A stretch of DNA of 64,000 bases from Minisyncoccota bacterium (GCA_040879435.1 JBBDKG010000010.1:2019-66018), one strand, 5' to 3'; shown: positions 11,029 through 20,431, counted from the first letter of the stretch. The notes: generated from the sequence alone by a model not told the origin. Numbers and translations are program-made.

Positions 11029-11111
11029 GCCGGGGTGGCGAAATTGGTCAGACGCGCTAGTCTTAGGAACTAGTGGGGCAACCCGTGGAGGTTCGAGTCC
11101 TCTCCCCGGCA
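11029..11111 (+). tRNA. tRNA-Leu (TAG), class II
   Basis: Acceptor GCCGGGG/CCCCGGC. Anticodon arm CTAGT-CTTAGGA-ACTAG with anticodon TAG. Long variable arm. T-loop GGTTCGAGTCC. Confidence 0.85.
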
Positions 11112-11116
11112 CATAC

Positions 11117-11153
11117 AACAAAACACACCGGAATATTTCCGGTGTGTTTTGTT
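11117..11153. terminator. bidirectional intrinsic terminator (tRNA cluster / trhO)
   Basis: Near-perfect inverted repeat ACAAAACACACCGGAA-atat-TTCCGGTGTGTTTTGT lying between the + strand tRNA-Leu and the convergent minus-strand gene. Confidence 0.75.
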
Positions 11154-11161
11154 ATACGGTT

Positions 11162-12208
11162 CTATACACGAAGTCTCGTCTTCTTGAATTGAGTGGGGCG
11201 GAAATATGCATTGTATAGACGTGCATACAATCGCTTCGGTGTTGCCGGCAACTGGTCAAGCAGTCTGCATAGTGTTGAACAGTATCCCTGCTTCCCCGCT
11301 ACACAACCATCACATCCAAGATACAACACATGACACACCTGATTCTTGCAGTGATAGTGAGTGTCACTCTTTTCAGTATTGCACAAATGACAGGTCGATA
11401 TGACCTCCTCTCCAATACGCTCTCCTAATCGTTCATCGAACACGAAGTTCTTGCCGCGGAACCGGTTCGGTAATCCTTTTGCCTTCACCTGGTGGGCATA
11501 GTCGATGATGCCACCTTTCAGATGCCGGACGTTTGTGAAGCCATTGTGCTTAAGCCACGCACTCGCCTTCTCGCAACGAATGCCGCCTGTGCAATACAGC
11601 GCAATCTTCTTGTTCTTATGTACCCGGAGTAGCGCTGGGACAACTGCAAGTTCCTCACGAAAGGTCTCGACCTCTGGCGTGATCGCATTCTCAAAGTGAC
11701 CGATCTCGCTCTCGTATGCATTTCGCATATCGACCACGACAGCATCCGGGTCGTCAATATATTCGTTCATCTCCTCCGCAGACAAGTACTCGCCGGTGTT
11801 GGTAACATCGAATGAGGTGTCGTTCAGACCGTCAGCTACGATCTTCTCCCTCGTCTTGATTGATAGTTTATAGAACGAAGGTACATCACCTTCCTCGACC
11901 GCTATCTTGAACGGAACGTCAGAAAAGAGTTCATGCGATCTCATGTATGCCTCAAACTCCCCAAAGTGCGCGGTCGGTACGCTCATCTGGGCATTGATGC
12001 CTTCATGCGCCAGATAGATACGTCCCAAACAACCTAGTGCGCTCCACACACTGAACAATTCATTACAAAGCGCCTCTGGATCATCGATCCGGACATATTT
12101 ATAGAACGAGAGCGTCGTACGAGGAACTGAAGCCGTTGCAACGGCTCTTTTTCGCTCCTTTCGTGGGCGCAGGTCAGAATGCATACGGCCAGTATAGCCT
12201 TGTTTCAA
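11162..12208 (-). CDS. trhO: rhodanese-domain protein of the UPF0176/TrhO (YceA) family, tRNA U34 hydroxylase-like
   Basis: 348 aa. Rhodanese active-site loop YCTGGIRCEKA, preceded by the UPF0176 N-terminal domain. Cys-rich C-terminal tail (CHLCNTE...CKNQVCH...CDGC). Confidence 0.75.
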   Translation of the reverse strand: MKQGYTGRMHSDLRPRKERKRAVATASVPRTTLSFYKYVRIDDPEALCNELFSVWSALGCLGRIYLAHEGINAQMSVPTAHFGEFEAYMRSHELFSDVPFKIAVEEGDVPSFYKLSIKTREKIVADGLNDTSFDVTNTGEYLSAEEMNEYIDDPDAVVVDMRNAYESEIGHFENAITPEVETFREELAVVPALLRVHKNKKIALYCTGGIRCEKASAWLKHNGFTNVRHLKGGIIDYAHQVKAKGLPNRFRGKNFVFDERLGERIGEEVISTCHLCNTEKSDTHYHCKNQVCHVLYLGCDGCVAGKQGYCSTLCRLLDQLPATPKRLYARLYNAYFRPTQFKKTRLRV

Positions 12209-12348
12209 GCCTTATTCAATGGTGTGCAGTCCTCCGGATTCATTGACTTTTACCTATATTTGTGATATGATGTATTTAGAGTAGCGCGCTGCGTCTTCTC
12301 TCTCCATCAGTACGCTGGTGGTGTGAAAAAACGCAGCCCCGCTGCACA

Positions 12349-13098
12349 ATGCAACTTGAAAAAAGGAACGAGACGATGAAACTCAGTGATCTTTGGAACT
12401 ACGGAGCATCAGCTGGTCAGCTGTTCAGCAATGTTCACTCAGCAGGTGCTCTGTTCAACGCCGTACTGGGCAAGGATGTTCCTGAGGATGCATCAGCCAC
12501 CGTCAAAGGTGTGAAGGGTATCATCGGCAGGGGCGACGAACGTGCCTTCGAGATACTGCTCACTCAAGCCACAGGACAGCGGCCGAACGCTCGCGAAATC
12601 GTTGCGGGATACCGCGCCTGGGCGCGCCTCAAGGGGGACAGCATCGAGGTCAGGGTTGCGAATGCCTGGTACGAGACGGCATTTCGGAACCACTTCTTGA
12701 ATATGGGTGCGGGCAAGGGCTCAAAGATCGGTACCGAGACCGAGACCGAGACCGAGACCGACCCCGTTACCAAGAAGAAGACCGTAAAGGTCAAGCAACT
12801 CGACATCTACGGCCCGGCTTCGAACTCGAGCCTCACCGAGCTGGTGGTCTTTATCGACATGATCGAGGCCGCCAACACCCTTGAAGAAGGGTACAAAAAC
12901 GTGGTGCGGCTTACGGGCATTCCTACCCCGCCGGCGAATGCGGTGAAATTTTACCGCAAACTGAAACGAACATTCCAGGGAGAGTGGGAAACCCTCGAGG
13001 AGCTCGATGCCTGGCTCAAGCAACAGATCGACGAGCGCAAAGCCAACAGAGGCACGCTCCGTACGACCTACGACAAAATCTTCTCTTCTGAAAGGTAA
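12349..13098 (+). CDS. hypothetical protein with internal (TE)n repeat
   Basis: 249-aa ORF with coding-like composition. GGAAC upstream of the start. Contains a TETETETD low-complexity stretch. No recognisable domain. Confidence 0.5.
   Translation: MQLEKRNETMKLSDLWNYGASAGQLFSNVHSAGALFNAVLGKDVPEDASATVKGVKGIIGRGDERAFEILLTQATGQRPNAREIVAGYRAWARLKGDSIEVRVANAWYETAFRNHFLNMGAGKGSKIGTETETETETDPVTKKKTVKVKQLDIYGPASNSSLTELVVFIDMIEAANTLEEGYKNVVRLTGIPTPPANAVKFYRKLKRTFQGEWETLEELDAWLKQQIDERKANRGTLRTTYDKIFSSER
12733..12762 (+). repeat. hexanucleotide tandem repeat (ACCGAG)x4 + ACCGAC encoding (TE)n
   Basis: Direct reading of accgagaccgagaccgagaccgagaccgac. Confidence 0.9.
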
Positions 13099-13103
13099 CA
13101 GCG

Positions 13104-13982
13104 ATGATACGGAGTGCAACACGTTACGCACGCATGAGGGCAGAAGACCTGCACTTTGCGTTCACCGTCACACTGCTGGCGAGCTTCTTTGCGGTCTTCT
13201 GCATGTGGCTCGTCAATATCGCCGGCGCACCGGGACTAAATTTGTTCTTTCTCTTCGTCGGCGCCATCCTCTTCGTCATACTCTTCACCCGAGTGGAATT
13301 CTTCTTCGCTGCCCTTGGACTCGGAGCTGTGGTGCAGGGTTTGAGAAACGAGGATATCACCCAAGGGTCAATCCTGGGTGTGAGCACGCTCTTCAAGGTG
13401 ATGTTCGGCGCCGTGTTCTATTTCACGTTCGCCGCACTCATCCTCTCTGTCGTACCGTTCTCCGGAGCTCCAGGAGCTTTCTGGGGCATCGCCGCTGTTC
13501 TCGTCGTCGTATCGTCATTTGCGGCGTATGTCGGTGGCAGTGATGGAAAATGGCTCAAGGCGATAGTGACCGTCGCGGCAGGCGCCATCTTCCTTACCTT
13601 CGTGTGGCAAATATTCGCCCCTGACGGCGTCAAACGCTATATGGGCAGCACGGTCAATGCTATCGACCGTGATGCTGACCGCCGTGCGACGGAGATCGAC
13701 CGAGGGTACACGGTCTTTGCAGCATATGCAATCACCGTACCCGCAGGAGGGTACTCCGAAGAACTTTCCAACCAAACAGGACGGTGTCTCATTCGCCGGC
13801 CAGCAGGTTCTAGGACGGGAAACCTTCCTCCTGCATGGGCACTGTACAAAGGCGCCCACGACTTCGTGCCGTACATCCCCGGCAAACCGTGGACAAAGCT
13901 CGTCTACGATGGACATGGCTTGCCAAAGTCATTCACCATCGAGGTGCAAGAGCGCCTCGCAGGGCAATGCGGCTCTTGGTAA
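13104..13982 (+). CDS. polytopic membrane protein, unknown function
   Basis: 292 aa with at least 5 predicted hydrophobic helices. Starts 6 nt after the previous stop and is co-oriented with it, so the two are likely co-transcribed. Confidence 0.55.
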   Translation: MIRSATRYARMRAEDLHFAFTVTLLASFFAVFCMWLVNIAGAPGLNLFFLFVGAILFVILFTRVEFFFAALGLGAVVQGLRNEDITQGSILGVSTLFKVMFGAVFYFTFAALILSVVPFSGAPGAFWGIAAVLVVVSSFAAYVGGSDGKWLKAIVTVAAGAIFLTFVWQIFAPDGVKRYMGSTVNAIDRDADRRATEIDRGYTVFAAYAITVPAGGYSEELSNQTGRCLIRRPAGSRTGNLPPAWALYKGAHDFVPYIPGKPWTKLVYDGHGLPKSFTIEVQERLAGQCGSW

Positions 13983-14047
13983 CAAGACCTCGCATACGCC
14001 AACTCACAGCCGTTCGGGTTTTCCCGGACGGCTTTTCTTTTTTCGTA

Positions 14048-14353
14048 CTAATACGGCACGTCAATCCCAAACGTATTCGCCGCGACCCAGAGGATGCTGA
14101 ACGCAGAAAGCATCACGAGCATACCGATCACACCGAACATAAGATGCTTGCTTCCTTCCGTCCGCTTCTGAGGGTTGTTCGCACCCAGCACGTACTGGAA
14201 CGCTCCATAAAGGAACACGAGAAGCGCGACCGCCATCATGAACGTGATGAGCGGAAAAAGAATGACCTCGTTGAGTCGGTCCATAAACGACTGCGCGATC
14301 GCTGCTGCTTCTTGGGCGTGTACAACCATAATGATGAGAGACTGACCCCTCAC
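14048..14353 (-). CDS. small two-helix membrane protein, pilin-like (TrbC/VirB2-type T4SS pilin-like), paralog 1 of 4
   Basis: 101 aa. Two hydrophobic helices separated by the loop LVFLYGAFQYVLGANNPQKRTEGSKHLMFGVIG, a pattern shared with the three upstream ORFs. Confidence 0.6.
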   Translation of the reverse strand: MRGQSLIIMVVHAQEAAAIAQSFMDRLNEVILFPLITFMMAVALLVFLYGAFQYVLGANNPQKRTEGSKHLMFGVIGMLVMLSAFSILWVAANTFGIDVPY

Positions 14354-14393
14354 CGCAACGAGTGCGCTACGGTGAATCCGTCAACCACCGATG

Positions 14394-14780
14394 CTAGTTG
14401 TTTGTAGTTGGTGCGTTCGGGATGCTCTGGATATCCTGATCGTCACTGAATCCAAGACCATTGGCGATAAGGTTCACGATACCGAAAATCGAGACCATGA
14501 GTACAAATCCAATGACCGAATACAGCATGAGTTGCGTACCCTCTTTCCGGTTCTCCGGGTCACCGCCACCCAAAATGAAGTACTTGAAGACACCGTAGAG
14601 AAATACGAGCAGTGCTATCGCGAAGACGAGCGGGATGAGGATGTTATTGATAAAGTTGGTAATGTTGCTGAAGAATTCATTGACACCACCAAATTGTGCG
14701 AGTGCGATCGCAGGCACGAGCATGAACGTTGCTGCAAACGCCGTGATCTGAACGCTCATTTTTTTCATAGGTTCCTTCAT
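14394..14780 (-). CDS. small two-helix membrane protein, pilin-like, paralog 2 of 4
   Basis: 128 aa. Signal-like N-terminus. Shares LLVFLYGVFKYFILGGGDPENRKEGTQLMLYSVIGFVLMV with paralog 1. Confidence 0.6.
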   Translation of the reverse strand: MKEPMKKMSVQITAFAATFMLVPAIALAQFGGVNEFFSNITNFINNILIPLVFAIALLVFLYGVFKYFILGGGDPENRKEGTQLMLYSVIGFVLMVSIFGIVNLIANGLGFSDDQDIQSIPNAPTTNN

Positions 14781-14883
14781 TTACGTACTAAATATCGCTG
14801 CTAAACCGAGCTATACAGTAATAGTAGCGTGAAAACGGCCAAAAATCGAATGGTGCTTGTCGAATGTGTGAATAGCGGGACAC

Positions 14884-15141
14884 TTAGACCCCGAACAACG
14901 AGTACCGCAATATCGAGAGAATGCCCCAGATACCGGACATAATAACGAGTGCAATGATTCCAATGAGTGCCGTCTGCTTCCCCTCCGCGATCTTGGTCGG
15001 CTCACCCGGATTGAATATCCACGCATCAACGATCTTCCAGATGATCACCACGAGTGTGAGTGAGAATATGATCGGGATCACGAGCGAGATGAGATAGATA
15101 AGATCACCGACCAGTTCTGAGAAATTCTGAGGTCCGTACAT
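14884..15141 (-). CDS. small two-helix membrane protein, pilin-like, paralog 3 of 4
   Basis: 85 aa. Same helix / NPGEPTKIAEGKQTALIGIIALVIM loop / helix architecture as paralogs 1-2. Confidence 0.55.
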   Translation of the reverse strand: MYGPQNFSELVGDLIYLISLVIPIIFSLTLVVIIWKIVDAWIFNPGEPTKIAEGKQTALIGIIALVIMSGIWGILSILRYSLFGV

Positions 15142-15152
15142 ATATTTCTTGG

Positions 15153-15575
15153 TTACCCGAGCGCATTAATGGTGCCGCTGATAACGTAGAGAAGTAGCTG
15201 AGCTCCCAGAATGAGTACGCCACCTACAACCGCGAAGAGGAGCGCCCTGTTCGCTGTCGATATCTCTTCCGGCTTCCCCTGCGCCATCACATATTTAAAA
15301 CCGGCGTAGATGATGAAGAACACGATGATCGGCACCGCAAAGACCATGATGACGTCGAGGATGTCCTGAAAGAAGCCAAGGAGTGTCTGGTCACCGAGGG
15401 GGTTCTGAAGTTGAACTCCTTCTCCCCCAGTATATCTACCTCCACCGGTACCATCTTCTCCTTGCACATCACCTGTACCATCTTCTCCTTGTTGTGCAAG
15501 GAGTACGCCAGGAAGAGAGGCGAGGAAAAGGATCGAAGCAAGATAGAGATGACTGCAAAATTTTTTCATACTCAA
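15153..15575 (-). CDS. small membrane protein, pilin-like, paralog 4 of 4, with Gly/Glu/Asp-rich repeat after the signal peptide
   Basis: 140 aa. Signal peptide, then a QGEDGTGDVQGEDGTGGG repeat, then FFIIYAGFKYVMAQGKPEEISTANRALLFAVVGGVLILG matching the family loop. Its ATGA start-stop overlaps the upstream solute-binding gene. Confidence 0.6.
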   Translation of the reverse strand: MSMKKFCSHLYLASILFLASLPGVLLAQQGEDGTGDVQGEDGTGGGRYTGGEGVQLQNPLGDQTLLGFFQDILDVIMVFAVPIIVFFIIYAGFKYVMAQGKPEEISTANRALLFAVVGGVLILGAQLLLYVISGTINALG

Positions 15576-16879
15576 AATGCTAATTCTAATCGACGGACAG
15601 CATCTGATATCGCACCGGCAACCTTTTTGCGACTCGATACAACATCCTCGACCATTTGCTTGAACACACCGCCACTTGCCTCAGGGTCCGGATCGAGCCA
15701 GCCGCGCGCGATGAGTGCACTCTGATACACGATCTGCTGGTGTGCGTCACCACTCCCCGCAGCGATACCATCACGTGTTGCCGGTGCAAGTCCTAGCTCT
15801 ACCGCGATCGGTGTAGCAACCTCACTTTGTACGAGTGTCTGGACCGCTGCGTAGCTTCCCTGTGGGTTCCTCGACGCGCGAGTGATTGCTATGCCGTAAA
15901 AGGTACCGTAGACACGCTTCACCGTCGCCGACGCACCTTGCGGGACCACAGCGGCATCGAAGTTAAGGTTTGGATTCTGATCAGCGATACTGGTGCGCTC
16001 GCTGCCGTATCCGAAGTAGATGGCAAGCTTCCCACCCACGAACGCGAGTCTGTCATTGTCCATCGACCCGTTCCAGGTATAGAGCGAACTGTTCGCGTTA
16101 CTAAAGTCAGTATAGAACTGGAGTGCGGCATTCATCGGCGGTCGTCCGCCATCGGTCGCCGGCTTATCAAGCACTACGCGATACCCGCGCTCCTCCTCGG
16201 TCACCAGACGGCTTCCCGACTGCATTGCAAGTGTGAGGAGCATCGGCTTGGCGTTGGTGATGTTCGCATACTCACCGAATGCAACGGCGGCCTGTACGAT
16301 GTTGCGGAACCCGTCACGCTCGGCGATCTGCGGCACCACCGACCCGACCAATGTTTCCCATGAAGCAGGAGGTTGTGAGAGGCCATTCGTGCTGAAGAGA
16401 TCGCGATTCCAATACATGACGACCGGGTCGACCGCAAACGGGAAGGCGTAGATGCCGTCCAGTCGTGCAAAGATCTCGCCACCGTCGATGAACCGGTCGC
16501 GGAAAGTACGGTCAGGATACGAATCATACGGCACCGGCAGCAGTTTCGGTCGGAACGACACGAACTCCTCGTGCGGGAAGATCACCACGTCAGGTCCCCG
16601 ATTCTCCGCGAGGGCATTGGTGAACTCCTCGGCAAACGTTCTGCTATCCTTCTCCACATACTCAACGACACGAAAGCCCTCAACATCATTTGCAATCCGC
16701 TGAAGCGCAGACTCCATGGAACCGGCACTGAATGTCCCCCACACAATCACACGCTCCCCGTATACATTCTCCTCGCTGCCCATAAATCCCTCAAAACTCG
16801 CAAGCAGGATCACACTCACAACGCCCATAATGGCGAAGAGGGCGAGGAGTGCTATCTGAAATGGTCGAATGTTCTGCAT
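15572..16879 (-). CDS. extracellular solute-binding protein (ABC-type, family 1-like), N-terminally membrane-anchored
   Basis: 435 aa. N-terminal TM anchor, then a periplasmic-binding-protein-like sequence (VIVWGTF...YAFPFAVDPVVMYWNRDLF...). Confidence 0.65.
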   Translation of the reverse strand: MQNIRPFQIALLALFAIMGVVSVILLASFEGFMGSEENVYGERVIVWGTFSAGSMESALQRIANDVEGFRVVEYVEKDSRTFAEEFTNALAENRGPDVVIFPHEEFVSFRPKLLPVPYDSYPDRTFRDRFIDGGEIFARLDGIYAFPFAVDPVVMYWNRDLFSTNGLSQPPASWETLVGSVVPQIAERDGFRNIVQAAVAFGEYANITNAKPMLLTLAMQSGSRLVTEEERGYRVVLDKPATDGGRPPMNAALQFYTDFSNANSSLYTWNGSMDNDRLAFVGGKLAIYFGYGSERTSIADQNPNLNFDAAVVPQGASATVKRVYGTFYGIAITRASRNPQGSYAAVQTLVQSEVATPIAVELGLAPATRDGIAAGSGDAHQQIVYQSALIARGWLDPDPEASGGVFKQMVEDVVSSRKKVAGAISDAVRRLELAF

Positions 16880-16890
16880 ATAACAATAGG

Positions 16891-17442
16891 CTACGGTTTG
16901 CGGAAGGCCAGTCCGTAGTGATGGTCACCTGCATCGAACGAGCGTTCGAACAATAGACCATGCGACTCAGCCAGTGATTTGACGGCATCGGCCGTGATCA
17001 CCTGCTCTGGATGAGGACCGAGACCGCCGAATGACTCAGACCAATCGATAACAAAAAGCTTTCCGCCACGCCGGAGTGTACGGACCATCTCAACGAATGC
17101 GGCGTCCTTTTGCTCCATTTGAAAGAGTGAGTTCACCACCACCCCCGCATCGAGCGCGCCATCCCGCAGCTTGGTACCGGCCGGCGCCTCGATATCACAC
17201 CACAACACCTGCACGTTGCCGATGTTCTTGCTCCGCAACAACTGGCCGATCGATTCAGTGAGCGTACGCTGGATCTCGCACGCATACACTTTTCCGTCAG
17301 TACCCACCAGACGGGAAAGGGACGGAAGGAAAAAACCGGTGCCGGCACCGAAATCAGCGACCACTTCACCCTTCCGGAGATGGAAGTGTGTCACCACGAC
17401 CTCAGGAATGACGAATCTGCCTTGTGTCGCACTTGTACTCAT
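16891..17442 (-). CDS. class I SAM-dependent methyltransferase
   Basis: 183 aa. Motif I VADFGAGTGFF and a Rossmann-fold MTase layout. Confidence 0.8.
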   Translation of the reverse strand: MSTSATQGRFVIPEVVVTHFHLRKGEVVADFGAGTGFFLPSLSRLVGTDGKVYACEIQRTLTESIGQLLRSKNIGNVQVLWCDIEAPAGTKLRDGALDAGVVVNSLFQMEQKDAAFVEMVRTLRRGGKLFVIDWSESFGGLGPHPEQVITADAVKSLAESHGLLFERSFDAGDHHYGLAFRKP

Positions 17443-17507
17443 GATTCTAGTATACCCTACACCACCACCAGAATGACCCTCCCCTCTGTTTATTATCTAT
17501 CCCGTCT

Positions 17508-17840
17508 TCAGTCATTGCGAGACGGCACGTTCGGTGTAGGGAGAATACTACGCTGCTGGTTGACCTCAGCACCGAATTCAGCATCGCCAAAATATTCCTC
17601 ATTCGTCTCGTCCCAGCCGCGGGTCATCAGCATGCCCAGGAAGGCGAGTGCGAGGTAGAGGAAAATAGCGATGCCAAAGAAGAATACAGCCCGCACTATG
17701 TTCGGCTGCCCGAGATCCGGTCGATCGAGCATGAACGAATTAACGATCCCGAAGAGAAAAAAGATCGCACCGATAGCGAACATGCCCGGGACAAGATAAT
17801 CCTGGAGAAAGAGAACTACCGAAAGTATGCCACCTGTCAT
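17508..17840 (-). CDS. small two-helix membrane protein (possibly related to the pilin-like family)
   Basis: 110 aa. Two hydrophobic helices separated by a DRPDLGQPNIVRA loop, with an acidic C-terminal tail. Confidence 0.45.
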   Translation of the reverse strand: MTGGILSVVLFLQDYLVPGMFAIGAIFFLFGIVNSFMLDRPDLGQPNIVRAVFFFGIAIFLYLALAFLGMLMTRGWDETNEEYFGDAEFGAEVNQQRSILPTPNVPSRND

Positions 17841-17904
17841 ATACGCTCAGTATATGATGAAGACGGCGCGCACAAAAGCGCCGTAGCGGAATAACATAAT
17901 TAGC

Positions 17905-20379
17905 TTAGAAGCAGACGATGGATGCAATGACATCCCCCTCTCGCAACTTCATGATCCTCACTCCCTGTGTATCGCGCCCGAGTGTCGGCACGTCAGCAAG
18001 CGGCATCTTGATCACCTGCCCTTTTTGGCTCATGACCACGAGTTCACCAGCTTCCTTGTCATCATGTGAGAGTACGGACCCGCCGATGACCGCACCGGTC
18101 TTCGTTGTGATACGTGCTGTCTTGATACCGCTCCCACCACGCTTCTGAACCTTATACTCCTTTGCAGGTGTGGTCTTGCCGTATCCGTTCCCCATCACCA
18201 CCAGTATCTCCTGATTCTTGCTTCCGCTCGTGATAATGTCGGCGGCAACGATGTAGTCATCCTTCTTCAGTTTCATCGCGGTCACACCAGCTGCTGTGCG
18301 GCCCATCTGGCGTACATCGCTTTCCTTGAAGCGGATCTGCTGACCCTTGTGTGTGATGAGCGATACCTCGTCACCCTTGCCGGCGAACTGCGCAGCGATC
18401 AGCGAGTCACCTTCGTGGAGCGAGATGGCGATGAGTCCGCTGCTGCGTACATCCTTGAACACAGATGCGTCAGACTTCTTCGCAACACCATTCTTGGTGA
18501 ACATCATCAATCCCCAGTCACCCTCCCACTCATTCTTCCGCACGGCGATCACTGATGTGACCAGCTCACCTGCCTGAAGCGCCAGGAAGTTCATGACCGA
18601 CTTGCCCTTTGTGGCGCGCCGTCCTTCTGGTATCTCATACATCTTGCACTGGTACACCTTGCCGGTATCCGTGAAGAAGAGGAGGTCGCTGTGTGTCGAT
18701 GTGGTGAGGAGTGTCGTCACCACATCCTCTTCCTTAGTATTCAAATCCACAACCCCAACGCCACCACGCTTCTGCGTACGGTACTCCGACGGATTCGTCC
18801 GCTTCACATATCCACCCTTGGTGAGCACGAGCACACTCTCCTCATCGGCCACGAGATCCTCAGCAGACAGGTTCTTGACCCCGCCTTTGACGATCTTCGT
18901 ACGACGGTCGTCACCGTACTTCTCAGCGACCGCAAGCAGGTCGTCCTTGATGATCTTCATCATCTTCGTCTTGCTCTTCAAGATCGACTCAAGTTCCTTG
19001 ATGAGCGCCTGCACCTCCTTGAGCTCGTCCTCGATCTTCTTCCGTTCGAGACCGGCAAGCTTCTGGAGCCGCATCTCGAGGATGGCGGTCGCCTGCAGCT
19101 CGGAGAACTTGAACTCCTTCATCAGAGCGGCGTGCGCGGTCGGCACATCCTTTGCCGCACGGATGATCTTGATGATCTTGTCGATATGGTCAAGCGCCTT
19201 CTTGAGACCAAGGAGAATGTGCTCCCGATCACGTGCTTTCTCAAGGTCGTATTCGGTACGGCGTCGGATCACCTCAGCACGGTGCTTCACGTACTCCTCG
19301 AGGATTGCTTTCAACGAAAGCGTCTGCGGCACGCCGTCGACGAGTGCCACCATGTTGTAGTGGAAGGTCTCTTCAAGCTGTGTGTGCTTGTATAGCTTAT
19401 TAAGGACCGTTTGTGGGTTCCCACCGCTTTTGAGCTCGATCACCAGACGGATATCGCTTGTCGACTCATCACGCATCTCCTTGATGCCCTCGATCTTCTT
19501 GTCGCGTACCAGATCGGCAATCTTCTCCTGCAGGTCAGCTTTGTTCACACGGAACGGGATCGAGGTGATGACGATCGCAAAATTGCCTTTTGCATCTTCA
19601 ACGATATCTGCCTCTCCACGCACAACAACACCACCCTTGCCGTTGGCGTAGGCGTGTGCAATATCCTTCTTATTGAACGCGACCGCGCCGAGTGGAAAGT
19701 CCGGTCCTTGTACGAACTCGAGGAGATCGTCCGTCGTGGCGTCAGGATTGTCGATAAGATGGGCGACGGCGTTGGCAACTTCACGAAGGTTGTGGGGAGG
19801 AATGTTCGTCGCCATACCAACGGCAATACCGAGCGTACCAAGAAGAAGCAGGTTCGGTACGGCCGCTGGCAATACTTCCGGTTCTTTCTTGGTGCCGTCG
19901 AAGTTTGGTCGCCAGTTGACGGTATCTTTTTCAAGATCGCGAAGCATCTCTTCGGCAAGCCGCGACATCTTTGCTTCAGTGTACCGGTATGCAGCTGCAC
20001 CGTCGCCGTCGACCGAACCGAAGTTACCCTGTCCGATGATCAAGGGGTAGCGGGTCGTGAACTGCTGCGCAAGCTTCACCATTGAGTCATAGACCGCAAC
20101 GTCGCCGTGCGGATGGAAGCTACCAAGCACGTCTCCGACCACCGTCGCCGACTTGCGGAACCGCGCGCTCGCGGTGAGACCATTCAAGCGCATGGAGTAC
20201 AGGATGCGGCGGTGGACCGGCTTCAGGCCATCGCGCACGTCAGGAAGCGCACGCTGCGTGATGACAGACATCGCGTAGTCAAGATACGCGGTCTTCATCT
20301 CCTCGCTGATGCTCTGCGTGATGATGCCGCGCTCAGGATCGATCGGCAATTCATCTGTTTTTACTGTCTTTTTCGGCAT
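17905..20379 (-). CDS. gyrA: DNA gyrase subunit A
   Basis: 824 aa. N-terminal breakage-reunion domain with the active-site region (AAMRYTE-like RYTEAKM) and QRDR-like segment (HPHGDVAVYDSMV). C-terminal beta-pinwheel repeats. Confidence 0.95.
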   Translation of the reverse strand: MPKKTVKTDELPIDPERGIITQSISEEMKTAYLDYAMSVITQRALPDVRDGLKPVHRRILYSMRLNGLTASARFRKSATVVGDVLGSFHPHGDVAVYDSMVKLAQQFTTRYPLIIGQGNFGSVDGDGAAAYRYTEAKMSRLAEEMLRDLEKDTVNWRPNFDGTKKEPEVLPAAVPNLLLLGTLGIAVGMATNIPPHNLREVANAVAHLIDNPDATTDDLLEFVQGPDFPLGAVAFNKKDIAHAYANGKGGVVVRGEADIVEDAKGNFAIVITSIPFRVNKADLQEKIADLVRDKKIEGIKEMRDESTSDIRLVIELKSGGNPQTVLNKLYKHTQLEETFHYNMVALVDGVPQTLSLKAILEEYVKHRAEVIRRRTEYDLEKARDREHILLGLKKALDHIDKIIKIIRAAKDVPTAHAALMKEFKFSELQATAILEMRLQKLAGLERKKIEDELKEVQALIKELESILKSKTKMMKIIKDDLLAVAEKYGDDRRTKIVKGGVKNLSAEDLVADEESVLVLTKGGYVKRTNPSEYRTQKRGGVGVVDLNTKEEDVVTTLLTTSTHSDLLFFTDTGKVYQCKMYEIPEGRRATKGKSVMNFLALQAGELVTSVIAVRKNEWEGDWGLMMFTKNGVAKKSDASVFKDVRSSGLIAISLHEGDSLIAAQFAGKGDEVSLITHKGQQIRFKESDVRQMGRTAAGVTAMKLKKDDYIVAADIITSGSKNQEILVVMGNGYGKTTPAKEYKVQKRGGSGIKTARITTKTGAVIGGSVLSHDDKEAGELVVMSQKGQVIKMPLADVPTLGRDTQGVRIMKLREGDVIASIVCF

Positions 20380-20431
20380 GTCACGCTTCTCTCTATGGTT
20401 TTAAAATATACAGGTATTATAACACAGAATC

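Noticed and set aside
18593-20085. + strand ORFs of 224-255 aa (18593..19360, 18691..19395, 19411..20085) inside gyrA
   Set aside because: Antisense to the intact gyrA gene. Compositionally biased (S/R/L-rich). No independent support.
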